In this document: piece by piece, positions 1 through 9,250 of the stretch
How the letters are laid out: each line of letters opens with the position of its first letter
Position numbering within the stretch: position 1 is the stretch's first letter
Virus record (IMG/VR): IMGVR_UViG_3300044991_001838
Location: 1 to 64,000 of that record
DNA length: 64,000 nucleotides
Strand: one strand, 5' to 3'
DNA from: a virus
Lineage: Duplodnaviria > Heunggongvirae > Uroviricota > Caudoviricetes
Position numbers and translations under genes: made by a program
The notes under the pieces: generated by a model
Databases searched by the model: none
The model's input: the letters and a program-made list of their open reading frames with translations, nothing else
What the model was told of the DNA's origin: nothing

Positions 1-208
1 GTTCTTCTTTACCATCGTTCCAAACGATTTTACTTGTTTTACTTATTAAATCCGTAATAATTTTATAAAAAGGTGAGTCACTTCTTTTTTGGGTTACGGT
101 TTGATTTTTATCGTCATAGATATAACTCCAAATGGAATTATAGTAAGAACCTGTTATTTTCTTTTCAACAACTCTACCTTTATCATCCACCTTTTCGTTA
201 ACTATCAT
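1..208 (-). CDS. hypothetical protein, N-terminal part only (ORF runs off left edge)
   Basis: Minus-strand ATG at 206-208 opens an ORF (MIVNEKVDDKGRVVEKKITGSYYNSIW...) with no stop before position 1; 4-nt ATGA overlap with next gene. Confidence 0.45.
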   Translation of the reverse strand, partial: MIVNEKVDDKGRVVEKKITGSYYNSIWSYIYDDKNQTVTQKRSDSPFYKIITDLISKTSKIVWNDGKEE

Positions 209-411
209 AATAGTATTTGATATTTAATCCAAATTTCTGTTTGTTCAGGTAATGTAAATATGGAATGAATGAATAATTTTGTTTTACCTAATTTTTCCTT
301 TCTTTCCAAGTAATTTTGAAAATCATTAAAATCTATAAACCTTCGGATAAATACACTATATTTTTCACCGTCATATTCAAAAGTAGGTGTCGTTATTTGT
401 GTTATAGTCAT
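205..411 (-). CDS. hypothetical protein
   Basis: 68-aa ORF, overlapping-stop coupling with neighbours in a minus-strand operon. Confidence 0.5.
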   Translation of the reverse strand: MTITQITTPTFEYDGEKYSVFIRRFIDFNDFQNYLERKEKLGKTKLFIHSIFTLPEQTEIWIKYQILL

Positions 412-644
412 AATAATATTTCAATTGTTATACCTGCTGGTCCTAATGATAGGTTGTAGGTGTTAAATCTGTTATCGTTTAACCATCCATACTTTTTGAA
501 GTTAAAGATTATTACATCTTTTCCTTCGTATTGTGCGTGGATGGCATTTGTTTGGTAATCAATCGCCGGATGAGACACAAACCCATTTTTAACCGGATTT
601 ATAAACTCTTTTTCCAATTCCCGTGTCTGAATATGAATTAACAT
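408..644 (-). CDS. hypothetical protein
   Basis: 78-aa ORF, tightly packed between thyA-like gene and downstream ORF. Confidence 0.5.
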   Translation of the reverse strand: MLIHIQTRELEKEFINPVKNGFVSHPAIDYQTNAIHAQYEGKDVIIFNFKKYGWLNDNRFNTYNLSLGPAGITIEILL

Positions 645-646
645 TT

Positions 647-2071
647 TTAATTGCTTAAAGGTGCTTTAATTGTTGGATGTGATTGATAGTTTACAAGTTT
701 TAAATTATCATAAACATATTCATCAAACTTTAAATCGGGGTTAGTAACCATTACTAATGTTGGTAATCGATAAGGTTCTCTTGTTTTATAAGGAATTTTA
801 TATGAATCATAATATTCACTTAATCCACCACCAAACGGCATTAATTCATCAACCGCTTTATTATAATTTTCTTCACCCATCGCTTGTTTTAACAATTCTG
901 TTCTTTCTTCGTGAGTGTATTTTCTTCCAATCTGTTCTTTTGCTTGTTCAATATGATTTGAATATAAATGAACATCTCCTAGATTTCCAATCAACTCTTC
1001 AGGAACCATATTAACTTCTTTTGCAATTATTTCTAATAATAAACCATATGAAGCAATGTTGAATGGTAAACCTAAGAATGTATCTACTGAACGTTGATTC
1101 CACATTAACGAGATTGCTCTGGTTGGGATGTTACTTCTATCCCAAGATTCAACCGTCATAGGTGATACAAATTCAGAATCATAATTAGCTAATTTTTTTC
1201 TTTCTTCTAAACTCAACTCTCTTGTATAAACTTGAAATCCATAATGACAAGGTGGAAGAACCATTTGGTCTAATTCTCCAACATTCCAAGCATTAACCAT
1301 TAATCGTCTTGAGTCTGGATTTGTTTTAAGGTCGTTGATTAGGTTTTGGATTTGGTCTTTCCCACCAATATATTTGTCAAATTTATCATCAATTACTTTA
1401 GCAACTTGAACTGGGCAAAAAGATTCATTATAACCAAGTGTTATGTTTTTATAGTAAACTTTTTTACCTTCATCTTCATCACTGTAAAGAGATTGGTCAG
1501 AATCCTGTATCGGTGTTGTTAACCACTCAGTACCATTAGCAAATGAATGTAAATCACTCCACTTAATAGTCCAACCATTATCAGTTTTGTGTAAAAAACC
1601 CGTTTGTTTGGTATCTGTCCATCCACCCCAATTTCTCCATTGCTTACCATAAATTGGCCCTAATTCACCCCACTTGTTAGCAAACTCATCACTATTTATA
1701 ATTCGTTTTTCAAATTCTTTAGTAGAAATATTAGCAAACTTTGGTGAATTGTTTCCTGCAGTCCAGTACTTTGAATAGTTTTCATCATATCTTTTTTTAG
1801 CATCTCCTGTCCAAATATGACAACCATTTTCAATTAAATACTTAATATTTGTATCACCTCTAAGGAACCAAAGTAATTCTGTTACGATTGTTTTCCACGG
1901 CATTTTTTTGGTGGTGAGTAAAGGAAACCCATCTTTCATATTGTGACGGATTTGTCTTCCGAATACTGAGATTGTTCCTGTACCAGTACGGTCAGATTTA
2001 GGGGTTCCATTATCCAAGATGTCTTGTAATAGCTCTTGATATTTTTTATCTATATTGTTCATAAATCCCAA
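647..2071 (-). CDS. thyA: thymidylate synthase (ThyA/dUMP-pyrimidine C5 transferase family) with large insertions
   Basis: N-term DRTGTGT, FPLLTTKK...ELLWFLRGDTN, catalytic PPCHYGFQ, LGLPFNIASYGLL, LGDVHLYSNH, C-term HPTIKAP all match ThyA; about 30-aa and about 100-aa inserts plus a C-terminal insert relative to the E. coli ThyA remembered. Confidence 0.85.
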   Translation of the reverse strand: MGFMNNIDKKYQELLQDILDNGTPKSDRTGTGTISVFGRQIRHNMKDGFPLLTTKKMPWKTIVTELLWFLRGDTNIKYLIENGCHIWTGDAKKRYDENYSKYWTAGNNSPKFANISTKEFEKRIINSDEFANKWGELGPIYGKQWRNWGGWTDTKQTGFLHKTDNGWTIKWSDLHSFANGTEWLTTPIQDSDQSLYSDEDEGKKVYYKNITLGYNESFCPVQVAKVIDDKFDKYIGGKDQIQNLINDLKTNPDSRRLMVNAWNVGELDQMVLPPCHYGFQVYTRELSLEERKKLANYDSEFVSPMTVESWDRSNIPTRAISLMWNQRSVDTFLGLPFNIASYGLLLEIIAKEVNMVPEELIGNLGDVHLYSNHIEQAKEQIGRKYTHEERTELLKQAMGEENYNKAVDELMPFGGGLSEYYDSYKIPYKTREPYRLPTLVMVTNPDLKFDEYVYDNLKLVNYQSHPTIKAPLSN

Positions 2072-2231
2072 ATACTTTTTCTTTTTCGTTTTATTTTATT
2101 CAGTAGTAATTTCAGTATCATCACTATCACTTGTATTTTCTTCCTCATCTTTTATTCCTTCAATATGTTGATACCACATTGGATTTGGTAACCCACTGTA
2201 ATAGTCCCACAATTCATCGTCGGTTTGTGGA

Positions 2232-2423
2232 TTACTCATTCAAATATTTGTTAAATGTTTCCTTTGCTTTATCTAAATTTTCAACATCTTCATCAAAAAT
2301 GGTGTTAATAATAAATTCCGCTTCTTCTTCAGTACATTTTTCAATTATATCAATGTAAGTTTCTACTGAGACACCCAATCCCTGAGCAATACCCAAATCA
2401 ATTAATTCATATAATCCACCCAT
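2232..2423 (-). CDS. hypothetical small acidic protein
   Basis: 63-aa ORF, ATGA overlap with upstream gene. Confidence 0.4.
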   Translation of the reverse strand: MGGLYELIDLGIAQGLGVSVETYIDIIEKCTEEEAEFIINTIFDEDVENLDKAKETFNKYLNE

Positions 2424-2653
2424 TATTCTTCGTCAAACCCCCCATCTAATTCAAAATTTTCACCTTCTTCAACTTTACTATCAATGTATTCACGAAGTTC
2501 TTTCATAGATTGTAAGAATCCTAATCTTAATCTGTGAAATTCCTCATCTTCAATTTCATCCCAATTGGAATAACTTTCAAAGCAGTAGTCAAAACCTTCT
2601 TCATCCATTCTGTATTGGACTGATTGCCAAATTTCTAATTCATCGTATGTCAT
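2423..2653 (-). CDS. hypothetical acidic protein
   Basis: 76-aa ORF in operon. Confidence 0.45.
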   Translation of the reverse strand: MTYDELEIWQSVQYRMDEEGFDYCFESYSNWDEIEDEEFHRLRLGFLQSMKELREYIDSKVEEGENFELDGGFDEE

Positions 2654-3041
2654 CTGTATGTGTTTTAATTTTTTTTAGTCCGCTTATTAATAAAGACGCT
2701 GTGGAATAATTTGTTGCCAATGGTATATTATAAACATTACAAATTCGTAATAACATATTCACATCTACCTGATGGGGATGAAGACCTAGTGGGTCAATAA
2801 AAAATATAACAGCGTCTATTTCACCATCAGATATTAACGAAGCAATTTGTGCGTCACCACCTAAAGGACCTGATTTAAGACAATTTACATCAAGTCCTGC
2901 GTGTTCAATATGTTTTCCAGTTGTACCTGTCGCCATAACATCAACCTCTCTAAAGAAATCTAATCTCTTCATAATAAAGGCAACCATATCCGCTTTTTTC
3001 CCGTCGTGAGCAATTACCGCTATTCGTGTATTTTTTTTCAT
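2640..3041 (-). CDS. mgsA: methylglyoxal synthase-like protein
   Basis: IAVIAHDGKK...ATGTTG...LKSGPLGGDAQI...IFFIDPL...HPHQVDV...NIPLATN matches MgsA signature blocks. Confidence 0.75.
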   Translation of the reverse strand: MKKNTRIAVIAHDGKKADMVAFIMKRLDFFREVDVMATGTTGKHIEHAGLDVNCLKSGPLGGDAQIASLISDGEIDAVIFFIDPLGLHPHQVDVNMLLRICNVYNIPLATNYSTASLLISGLKKIKTHTDDIR

Positions 3042-3047
3042 CTTATC

Positions 3048-3479
3048 CTAATTTTGTATTTCGTTAGTTTTCAAATAATCTTCAATTAATAATTCTATTT
3101 TTTTTCTACCTTTTTCATTGATTGGTATTGGATTTCCTTCTTCGTCAATACGAACAAATCGTATATTAGTTTTTAAGACAATTACTTGATTACTCGTGTA
3201 AACATTATGTGCTCTCGCCTCCATGTATAATGTTACAGAGGTGATACCCAATTTAGAAGGTCTACCATATATTTTAAGTAATTGTCCTTCTTTAGCTGGT
3301 TTTTCAAAATAACATTTATCTATTGAAACTGTAACCATTCTTGGTGTATCACATAATTGCATAGAATACCCCGCAGCAGCGGCATCAATCCATGCGAGTA
3401 GTTTTCCACCAAACAAATTTCCATGAAATCCTAAATCCGATTTTTTAATCGGGTGTGTATTTAATAACTCCATACCCAT
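3048..3479 (-). CDS. hotdog-fold acyl-CoA thioesterase (YciA-like)
   Basis: GNLFGGKLLAWID...MVTVSID...F.KPAKEGQLL pattern typical of YciA/4HBT thioesterases. Confidence 0.65.
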   Translation of the reverse strand: MGMELLNTHPIKKSDLGFHGNLFGGKLLAWIDAAAAGYSMQLCDTPRMVTVSIDKCYFEKPAKEGQLLKIYGRPSKLGITSVTLYMEARAHNVYTSNQVIVLKTNIRFVRIDEEGNPIPINEKGRKKIELLIEDYLKTNEIQN

Positions 3480-3668
3480 TTATTTATTATTAGTTATTTC
3501 TTTTAACCATTCTGATTTAACCTCATCACAAACAATATCATATAAATCATATTTGTCTAATTTTGGGTATTTCATTTGCATTTCTTTCATTCGGGTCATT
3601 ACTTTGTTGTAATAACCTCTTTCATGGGCGTGTACTAAACGCTCCTCAACTCTTTCTTCATTTGTCAT
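3480..3668 (-). CDS. hypothetical protein
   Basis: ORF 3480..3743; internal Met (MTNEERVEERL) at 3668 is preferred because it couples with the upstream gene. Confidence 0.35.
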   Translation of the reverse strand: MTNEERVEERLVHAHERGYYNKVMTRMKEMQMKYPKLDKYDLYDIVCDEVKSEWLKEITNNK

Positions 3669-3910
3669 AGTATTCCTGCCTCCTCTCTCCACATTTCTTC
3701 CATATGGTTTCTTGACGCGTTGTAGTTTCCGTAGTCGCCCCAATAATCCAATAGGGACTCAAACGCCAATTTAAGTTTATTATATTTTTGTTCGGATTCA
3801 TTTATACCAAAGACATAAGATTCTGTCATTGCGTCAATAACAGAATCTTTATCTAAGAATGAATTATGTACGATTTTTGATTCGTAAATTTCTTCTAATT
3901 TATTTTTCAT
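3665..3910 (-). CDS. hypothetical protein
   Basis: 81-aa ORF, ATGA overlap with RNA ligase gene. Confidence 0.45.
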   Translation of the reverse strand: MKNKLEEIYESKIVHNSFLDKDSVIDAMTESYVFGINESEQKYNKLKLAFESLLDYWGDYGNYNASRNHMEEMWREEAGIL

Positions 3911-4989
3911 GGTTCAATTTCTTTTTGCCAAAACGGTTTACTATATTGTGGTTTAATCAATTTCCAAATAATCTCATCATATGGTTTTTTATCCCACATG
4001 GCAAACATTATTGGTCGTAATACTTCTTGTTGTTTTAATACAAACTCCGCAAATTCTTTTTTTGTTGGTTCAGGGTCCACATCACCATATTTTCCATAAC
4101 GGAATCCATCGTGAAGTTTACCAGCTCTTTCAGATATTTGAAAAAACCCATATCTTAAATCTCTAATGGTATTTTTAACCCATTTATCAAATTCATCAGG
4201 GACTTTATCTAATAGTTCAGAGACATCTTTACCATCTTTTAGATATTCCCATATGTCAACATTTGAGAATCCAGTTAAGATTCTATGTAAACGAACATAT
4301 TCTTCCCCTTTTATTTTCATACGAAATCCGTTTCTAAAACGAATAACATAACCTTCGCGGTTTTGAGTTATTTGAGATTTAAGTATGTCGTAATCGGTTA
4401 CATCATCGTATTTTTTAACGGTTGGTAAACCACTTACTTCATTGATGGATAACATTGAAGTATAATCTAATTCTTTACCTGAGACATTACTTATCATACA
4501 TAATACAACCAATTCTTCATCATCACCATAATCACAAACAATACGATTTTCAGGGTAAATAATCTCTACAACGGTAGTATAACCTTTTGGTAAAACTTCA
4601 ACATTGTATTTTTCATTTAATATCTTAGTCCCTCTAATTGATTGGTCAGAAATAAACGAACCTTTACTTGCCAAAATCCAATTTCCTCTAAACCAAAATA
4701 AAATACCTAAAGAACCATCTAATTTTTCATATACTTCAAAAGTTTCTTCGGGGATGTCTTTAAAGGTTAATTCTTCGTAGTTGAAAAACTTATTAAATGA
4801 TTTTGCAACAACATTACCTTCATTATCCAAGATAAGCCCTCGGCAAATTTTAGTAACACTATCCCAGTTATTCTCATACTGACAAGTACGAGAATAATTG
4901 TATATTGAAATAGGAAGGGTTGGGTGGTCATTTTTAACCACCAACCCTCTTTCTATGTAATCGTTTAATATGTTTATATCTACGGTCAT
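3907..4989 (-). CDS. rnlA: RNA ligase 1 (T4 RnlA-like)
   Basis: YNYSRTCQYENNWDSVTKICRGLILD, KxDGS motif I (EKLDGSLG), EGYVIRF...KIKGEEYVRLH resemble T4 Rnl1 blocks. Confidence 0.75.
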   Translation of the reverse strand: MTVDINILNDYIERGLVVKNDHPTLPISIYNYSRTCQYENNWDSVTKICRGLILDNEGNVVAKSFNKFFNYEELTFKDIPEETFEVYEKLDGSLGILFWFRGNWILASKGSFISDQSIRGTKILNEKYNVEVLPKGYTTVVEIIYPENRIVCDYGDDEELVVLCMISNVSGKELDYTSMLSINEVSGLPTVKKYDDVTDYDILKSQITQNREGYVIRFRNGFRMKIKGEEYVRLHRILTGFSNVDIWEYLKDGKDVSELLDKVPDEFDKWVKNTIRDLRYGFFQISERAGKLHDGFRYGKYGDVDPEPTKKEFAEFVLKQQEVLRPIMFAMWDKKPYDEIIWKLIKPQYSKPFWQKEIEP

Positions 4990-5000
4990 TTTTTATTGTT

Positions 5001-5546
5001 TTATTCCCAAGTTATCATGGGACATACTTTATTTTTTATTGAATATGACATTCCTTTAATCATTTTCCAACTATCAGTTTCAAAAAAAGAGATAATACCC
5101 CATATTGATAATACTGATGTGGTTAATGCTCCAATCCCTGCAAAGATATAAATTAATCCCATTAAAAACCCTTTAGTTGAAAATAAATCATATAGACCAG
5201 CGGTAATCATAAGAACTAATAATCCACCCATAAGTCCAAAATACAAATATTGAAACCCTTTTGTTATTTTTGAATCATTTCTTTGACACCATTTTATGAA
5301 CTTAGTTGGTTCTTTATATGGTTTGTTTTTTGGTTCTTTTTTTGTGATTTTCACAATCTTTTTGGTTGGAGAAACTATTAAAGTTTTAAACCCTTTCCAA
5401 ATCAAAATTACAGGTAGTAACAAAATTAATGTTACTATTGTCCAAAAATATGGACATAAACTTTTAAATTCGTAAGTAGGATAATATCCTTTAACGAAAT
5501 TATAATACTTTGAGTGCCAAGAACTTCTACTAAGATTTACTAACAT
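5001..5546 (-). CDS. membrane protein
   Basis: Multiple hydrophobic segments (4 or more predicted TM helices). Confidence 0.5.
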   Translation of the reverse strand: MLVNLSRSSWHSKYYNFVKGYYPTYEFKSLCPYFWTIVTLILLLPVILIWKGFKTLIVSPTKKIVKITKKEPKNKPYKEPTKFIKWCQRNDSKITKGFQYLYFGLMGGLLVLMITAGLYDLFSTKGFLMGLIYIFAGIGALTTSVLSIWGIISFFETDSWKMIKGMSYSIKNKVCPMITWE

Positions 5547-5550
5547 ATTT

Positions 5551-6402
5551 TTAGTTTCTATTAATTAATAATCCTGATGTAGTCCCAAAAACATTGTTTT
5601 GTCCGTAAGGAGATTTACCTTTTTGTGCCCATATTCTATCCGTCTCTGCTCTGTATAATTCCAACATTTTTGGTTGAGACATAATTTCTTTTGTTTTGGC
5701 ATCGTAAATGGCTGCCTCGTAATTACCTTTCGCCTCCGCAACTTTTCTTTGAGCCGTTTGCTCGGCTTGAATTGTTTGAGATTTAATTGTTGCAGTTTCT
5801 TGAATAACTTTAATTTTATTTTCAATAGCTTTTCTATATGATTCAGGAATCGCCATTTTTAAGATTGCAATATTATTCAGAACAAACCCTTCTTTATCTA
5901 AAGATGTTGATAATGATTTTGTGACATTTGCTTCATATACATTTCTATGTTGTAATAAACTATCAGAAGCGAATGACACAGCATTATCTAATAACTCTTT
6001 TCTTACAATATTACGAACTCTTGTATTAATTAACTCATCCATCTCTACTCTATATTTTGTAAATAAAGTTGGTGCCATTTCTCGTTTTAATTGTAAGTTA
6101 ATTGCTACGTCTAAACCAAATGTTGCACCATCTCCTGATGTTACATCAATGTGTTCATCTGTTGGAGAATCCTCATCTACTGATGCAGTCCACACTTTAT
6201 GTTGAACTGATGTTGGGTACATGTATACATCTTGAGTTGGAGGGAAATAGAAAATAAATCCCGATTTCATCTCAATGTTTGGAACCCCTTTGTCGTTACC
6301 TATTTGGTCAACAACTAATGCGACTTCTGAAGAATCTGCTGTTGTACAAGATGTTGCCGACAACATTAATAACCCTAATAATCCTAATACTACTTTTTTC
6401 AT
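5551..6402 (-). CDS. SPFH/band-7 domain lipoprotein
   Basis: Lipoprotein signal (LLMLSATSC) and C-terminal region with HflC/prohibitin-like pattern. Confidence 0.5.
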   Translation of the reverse strand: MKKVVLGLLGLLMLSATSCTTADSSEVALVVDQIGNDKGVPNIEMKSGFIFYFPPTQDVYMYPTSVQHKVWTASVDEDSPTDEHIDVTSGDGATFGLDVAINLQLKREMAPTLFTKYRVEMDELINTRVRNIVRKELLDNAVSFASDSLLQHRNVYEANVTKSLSTSLDKEGFVLNNIAILKMAIPESYRKAIENKIKVIQETATIKSQTIQAEQTAQRKVAEAKGNYEAAIYDAKTKEIMSQPKMLELYRAETDRIWAQKGKSPYGQNNVFGTTSGLLINRN

Positions 6403-6416
6403 AATTTGTTTTTTTT

Positions 6417-6626
6417 TTAATTTTTCTTTGATAATTGATTTTGTACGTATTTTACAACAAACATACCTGTTAATATTAATGTCAATACCGATATTACATT
6501 TAATACAATGTTTGCCGCGGTTAATCCCGGAAATACAACATACATTAAAATAAGAATGACCGAGATTGTAAGTAATGAACCTTTTAGGAAGGGCACATTA
6601 ACATAATTTTTGATAAAATTTTTCAT
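6417..6626 (-). CDS. small membrane protein
   Basis: 69 aa with two hydrophobic helices. Confidence 0.4.
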   Translation of the reverse strand: MKNFIKNYVNVPFLKGSLLTISVILILMYVVFPGLTAANIVLNVISVLTLILTGMFVVKYVQNQLSKKN

Positions 6627-6629
6627 ATG

Positions 6630-6851
6630 TTATTTTGCAATTAACATGTTTGTGTTGGCAATTGGGAATCTTGCAACAGGAACTCTTTTTTCTTCTGTGG
6701 AGGTGTTATCCAATTGTAATACTTGGTAGAAACCATCTTCTACTTTTACTGTTGGTACATTAGTAAATTCATAAAGAATTTCCGAATCTTGAGCTTTATT
6801 TAAATAAAGTTTTGCTGTTTTTGTTGCTGTGTTAAATAATAGTGTTTGCAT
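6630..6851 (-). CDS. hypothetical protein
   Basis: 73-aa ORF in operon. Confidence 0.4.
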   Translation of the reverse strand: MQTLLFNTATKTAKLYLNKAQDSEILYEFTNVPTVKVEDGFYQVLQLDNTSTEEKRVPVARFPIANTNMLIAK

Positions 6852-6870
6852 GTTTTTTTTGTTTTTGTTT

Positions 6871-7281
6871 TTATAATTTAATTTCCATTCTTTTTCTCAT
6901 CACATCTACCTTATCTTCAGGTACTCCGTGTTTATTTACGCCACCATGACGATTTTCAACAATAACGGTATAAACTGTATATCCGTATTTTTTTGCAATT
7001 GTCTGATAAAACTTCATTTCCCATTCTTGGGTAAATGTATTTGAGACTACAATATTACGATAAAATATTGAGTTAAACAAACTTGGTATCATTGATTTAT
7101 GAACTTTTCTTTTACAAGAATTGTGAGCGTCTCTCAAATGACTAAAGTTGAATTCGTATTTACCATTTTTAACAAAATAATCATCCGCCTCAAATATTTG
7201 CCACGATTTGGCAATTGATTTCGCAAAGGTTGATTTACCTGAACCAGGAACTCCTCTTACTATGTATAATTTTTTTTCCAT
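6871..7281 (-). CDS. P-loop nucleotide/polynucleotide kinase-like protein
   Basis: Walker A GVPGSGKST near N-terminus; size and context like the PNK kinase domain. Confidence 0.6.
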   Translation of the reverse strand: MEKKLYIVRGVPGSGKSTFAKSIAKSWQIFEADDYFVKNGKYEFNFSHLRDAHNSCKRKVHKSMIPSLFNSIFYRNIVVSNTFTQEWEMKFYQTIAKKYGYTVYTVIVENRHGGVNKHGVPEDKVDVMRKRMEIKL

Positions 7282-7293
7282 ATTATTTTTATT

Positions 7294-7515
7294 TTACCAT
7301 GAATCTGAATCGGTTAAATCTAAGTCTACTTGAGCTAATTCACTGTAGACAGATATTGTTTGACCAATACCACAATCTGATACAGACCAAGTCATTTTTC
7401 CGTATTTGCCATATAATCCTTTAACGTGTGACATCCACTCGTCATACATTTCTTGTTGTTTATCGTTTAATTCAATTGTTATTTTTGTATTCCGTTTCAA
7501 ATTTTTTTCTGCCAT
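7294..7515 (-). CDS. hypothetical protein
   Basis: 73-aa ORF. Confidence 0.4.
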   Translation of the reverse strand: MAEKNLKRNTKITIELNDKQQEMYDEWMSHVKGLYGKYGKMTWSVSDCGIGQTISVYSELAQVDLDLTDSDSW

Positions 7516-7681
7516 TACAAATATTTTTTTCTTTTTTTATTTCCCACAACCCCCCTCTTTTATCAGGGGATATCATATGACAATTGTGAGGTTTATTATG
7601 TTTTTTGGAATGATTAATAATCATATCGTTAAAATGATTTCTAATCGTCCAAGGGCATTCTTTACAAGGTTTCTTACACAT
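7472..7681 (-). CDS. hypothetical Cys/His-rich protein
   Basis: CKKPCKECPW...HNKPHNCH; start uncertain (overlaps downstream ORF). Confidence 0.3.
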   Translation of the reverse strand: MCKKPCKECPWTIRNHFNDMIINHSKKHNKPHNCHMISPDKRGGLWEIKKEKNICNGRKKFETEYKNNN

Positions 7682-7685
7682 AATC

Positions 7686-8012
7686 TTAATATAGGTCTTC
7701 CGAATATAATGTTATTCTTAAATCATCTGTTTGACCAGCATCAAATGCTATTTGCCCACCTTCTTCTCTGTCCACAAATCTATTTGTGTTTGTTAAGAAT
7801 CCTTGTTCGTGTTCTCCGGAACAATCTTCACCAAATGTGCAAGTTCTTAATCCTGTCAAACTACCCATCGTCCATAATGCCTGCCCGTGTCTATGCCCTA
7901 ATACCACCAATCCCCTATCACAATTTTTTGGGAGAACACCATTAATAACCTTTTTCAGAGGTATGTCTTTATACCAAATTGCAGCACATAAAATATATTC
8001 TTTTTTCATCAC
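7686..8012 (-). CDS. hypothetical protein
   Basis: 108-aa ORF. Confidence 0.45.
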   Translation of the reverse strand: MMKKEYILCAAIWYKDIPLKKVINGVLPKNCDRGLVVLGHRHGQALWTMGSLTGLRTCTFGEDCSGEHEQGFLTNTNRFVDREEGGQIAFDAGQTDDLRITLYSEDLY

Positions 8013-8308
8013 TCTTCATAATTATCTTTTGGTAATTCATCCCAAATTTCTTGAGATGTTTTTGTTTCACACATTTCTCCGGTGAATCCTTTAACACCAT
8101 TTTTAGTTGAGAACCATTCACCCTTACCATTTAATCTAATAAATGTTGCAAAGGAGTTTAGATTCCAATTGGATTTTATATCTCTGTTTGGATTATCGGC
8201 ACAATCACCACTCCAAATATCAATACACCCTTCGGTACAATTAAATCGTGAATATTTTACCCACCCTTCTTGTAATTTTTCCGGTGTTCTCATTACTTTC
8301 TCATCCAA
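8009..8308 (-). CDS. hypothetical protein
   Basis: 99-aa ORF, ATGA coupling. Confidence 0.45.
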   Translation of the reverse strand: MDEKVMRTPEKLQEGWVKYSRFNCTEGCIDIWSGDCADNPNRDIKSNWNLNSFATFIRLNGKGEWFSTKNGVKGFTGEMCETKTSQEIWDELPKDNYEE

Positions 8309-8604
8309 ATGTTAAACGAATCATATTCTTCCGAATACCCACCTGCAATCATTCTAATACTAATGTCATTTGACGCCTCCAAAGATAACATTTTTGATAG
8401 TTTTATCTTATTCCAATGGTCAAATTGTGATACAATAAACATAAGATTATCCCCAACATTCTTAAGGTCTTTAATACCATTGACTTTTTCGGTTGCATAT
8501 CCATACTCATCATCATAAGTTTTCCAAATTTCAATTGCCTTTTCTTTAACTTCATTGAAAGTGGTGTCTCTTGCAGGTGTATAATATAATTTTGTATTAT
8601 CCAT
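8293..8604 (-). CDS. hypothetical protein
   Basis: 103-aa ORF. Confidence 0.45.
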   Translation of the reverse strand: MDNTKLYYTPARDTTFNEVKEKAIEIWKTYDDEYGYATEKVNGIKDLKNVGDNLMFIVSQFDHWNKIKLSKMLSLEASNDISIRMIAGGYSEEYDSFNIWMRK

Positions 8605-9250
8605 TGTCTTTATTTATTATTTCATCTGTGTGGTGGTCAAATAACATATCCGACACAATTTCACGTTTGATTATCATTCTTACAATATCGTCCATGTCAT
8701 AAACACCAAAATTTGGATTACCATCAATCCCAACATCCATTTTTTTACCTTTTCCAAATCTAAGATTTGTTGGAAGGTGTACGTGTCCGTGAAGGTGTAC
8801 GTGTCCTTTATTTAAACCATCCCACGATGCCATCGGATAGTGCATCAAAACAAAAGTTCCAAACTTATACATCAATTTTGTGTAGTGATTAACGCTTGCA
8901 AACAATTCTTGACAATCCCCTCGGTTATTTTCAATGTGGTGGTCGTGATTACCTAATATAAGGTGTATCTCTTGACATACAATTCTATCTCTAAAAATTT
9001 TTACATTTTCAAACCCTCCAAAACTCCAATCACCCAAGTGAATCAAAACATCATCTTGACCAACAACACTATTAATATTGTTTACAATAGATTCGTTCAT
9101 TTGTTCAATAGTTTTGAAATCTCTGGTTTGGGATAATGGGATACTACCGTCAGGTAATCTCCATGCAGTCACACCACGACATATATTCTTATGTCCATAG
9201 TGCGTATCGGAGATTATCCATACCTTTCTATCTTTATCTATTTTTATCAT
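8597..9250 (-). CDS. calcineurin-like metallophosphoesterase
   Basis: DTHYGH, GDWSFGG, GNHDHH, HGHVHLP motifs of the MPE superfamily. Confidence 0.7.
   Translation of the reverse strand: MIKIDKDRKVWIISDTHYGHKNICRGVTAWRLPDGSIPLSQTRDFKTIEQMNESIVNNINSVVGQDDVLIHLGDWSFGGFENVKIFRDRIVCQEIHLILGNHDHHIENNRGDCQELFASVNHYTKLMYKFGTFVLMHYPMASWDGLNKGHVHLHGHVHLPTNLRFGKGKKMDVGIDGNPNFGVYDMDDIVRMIIKREIVSDMLFDHHTDEIINKDNG

Noticed and set aside
205-644. Split dihydrofolate reductase next to thyA
   Set aside because: No DHFR motifs (no GxxxxxPW or glycine-rich NADPH site) in either small ORF
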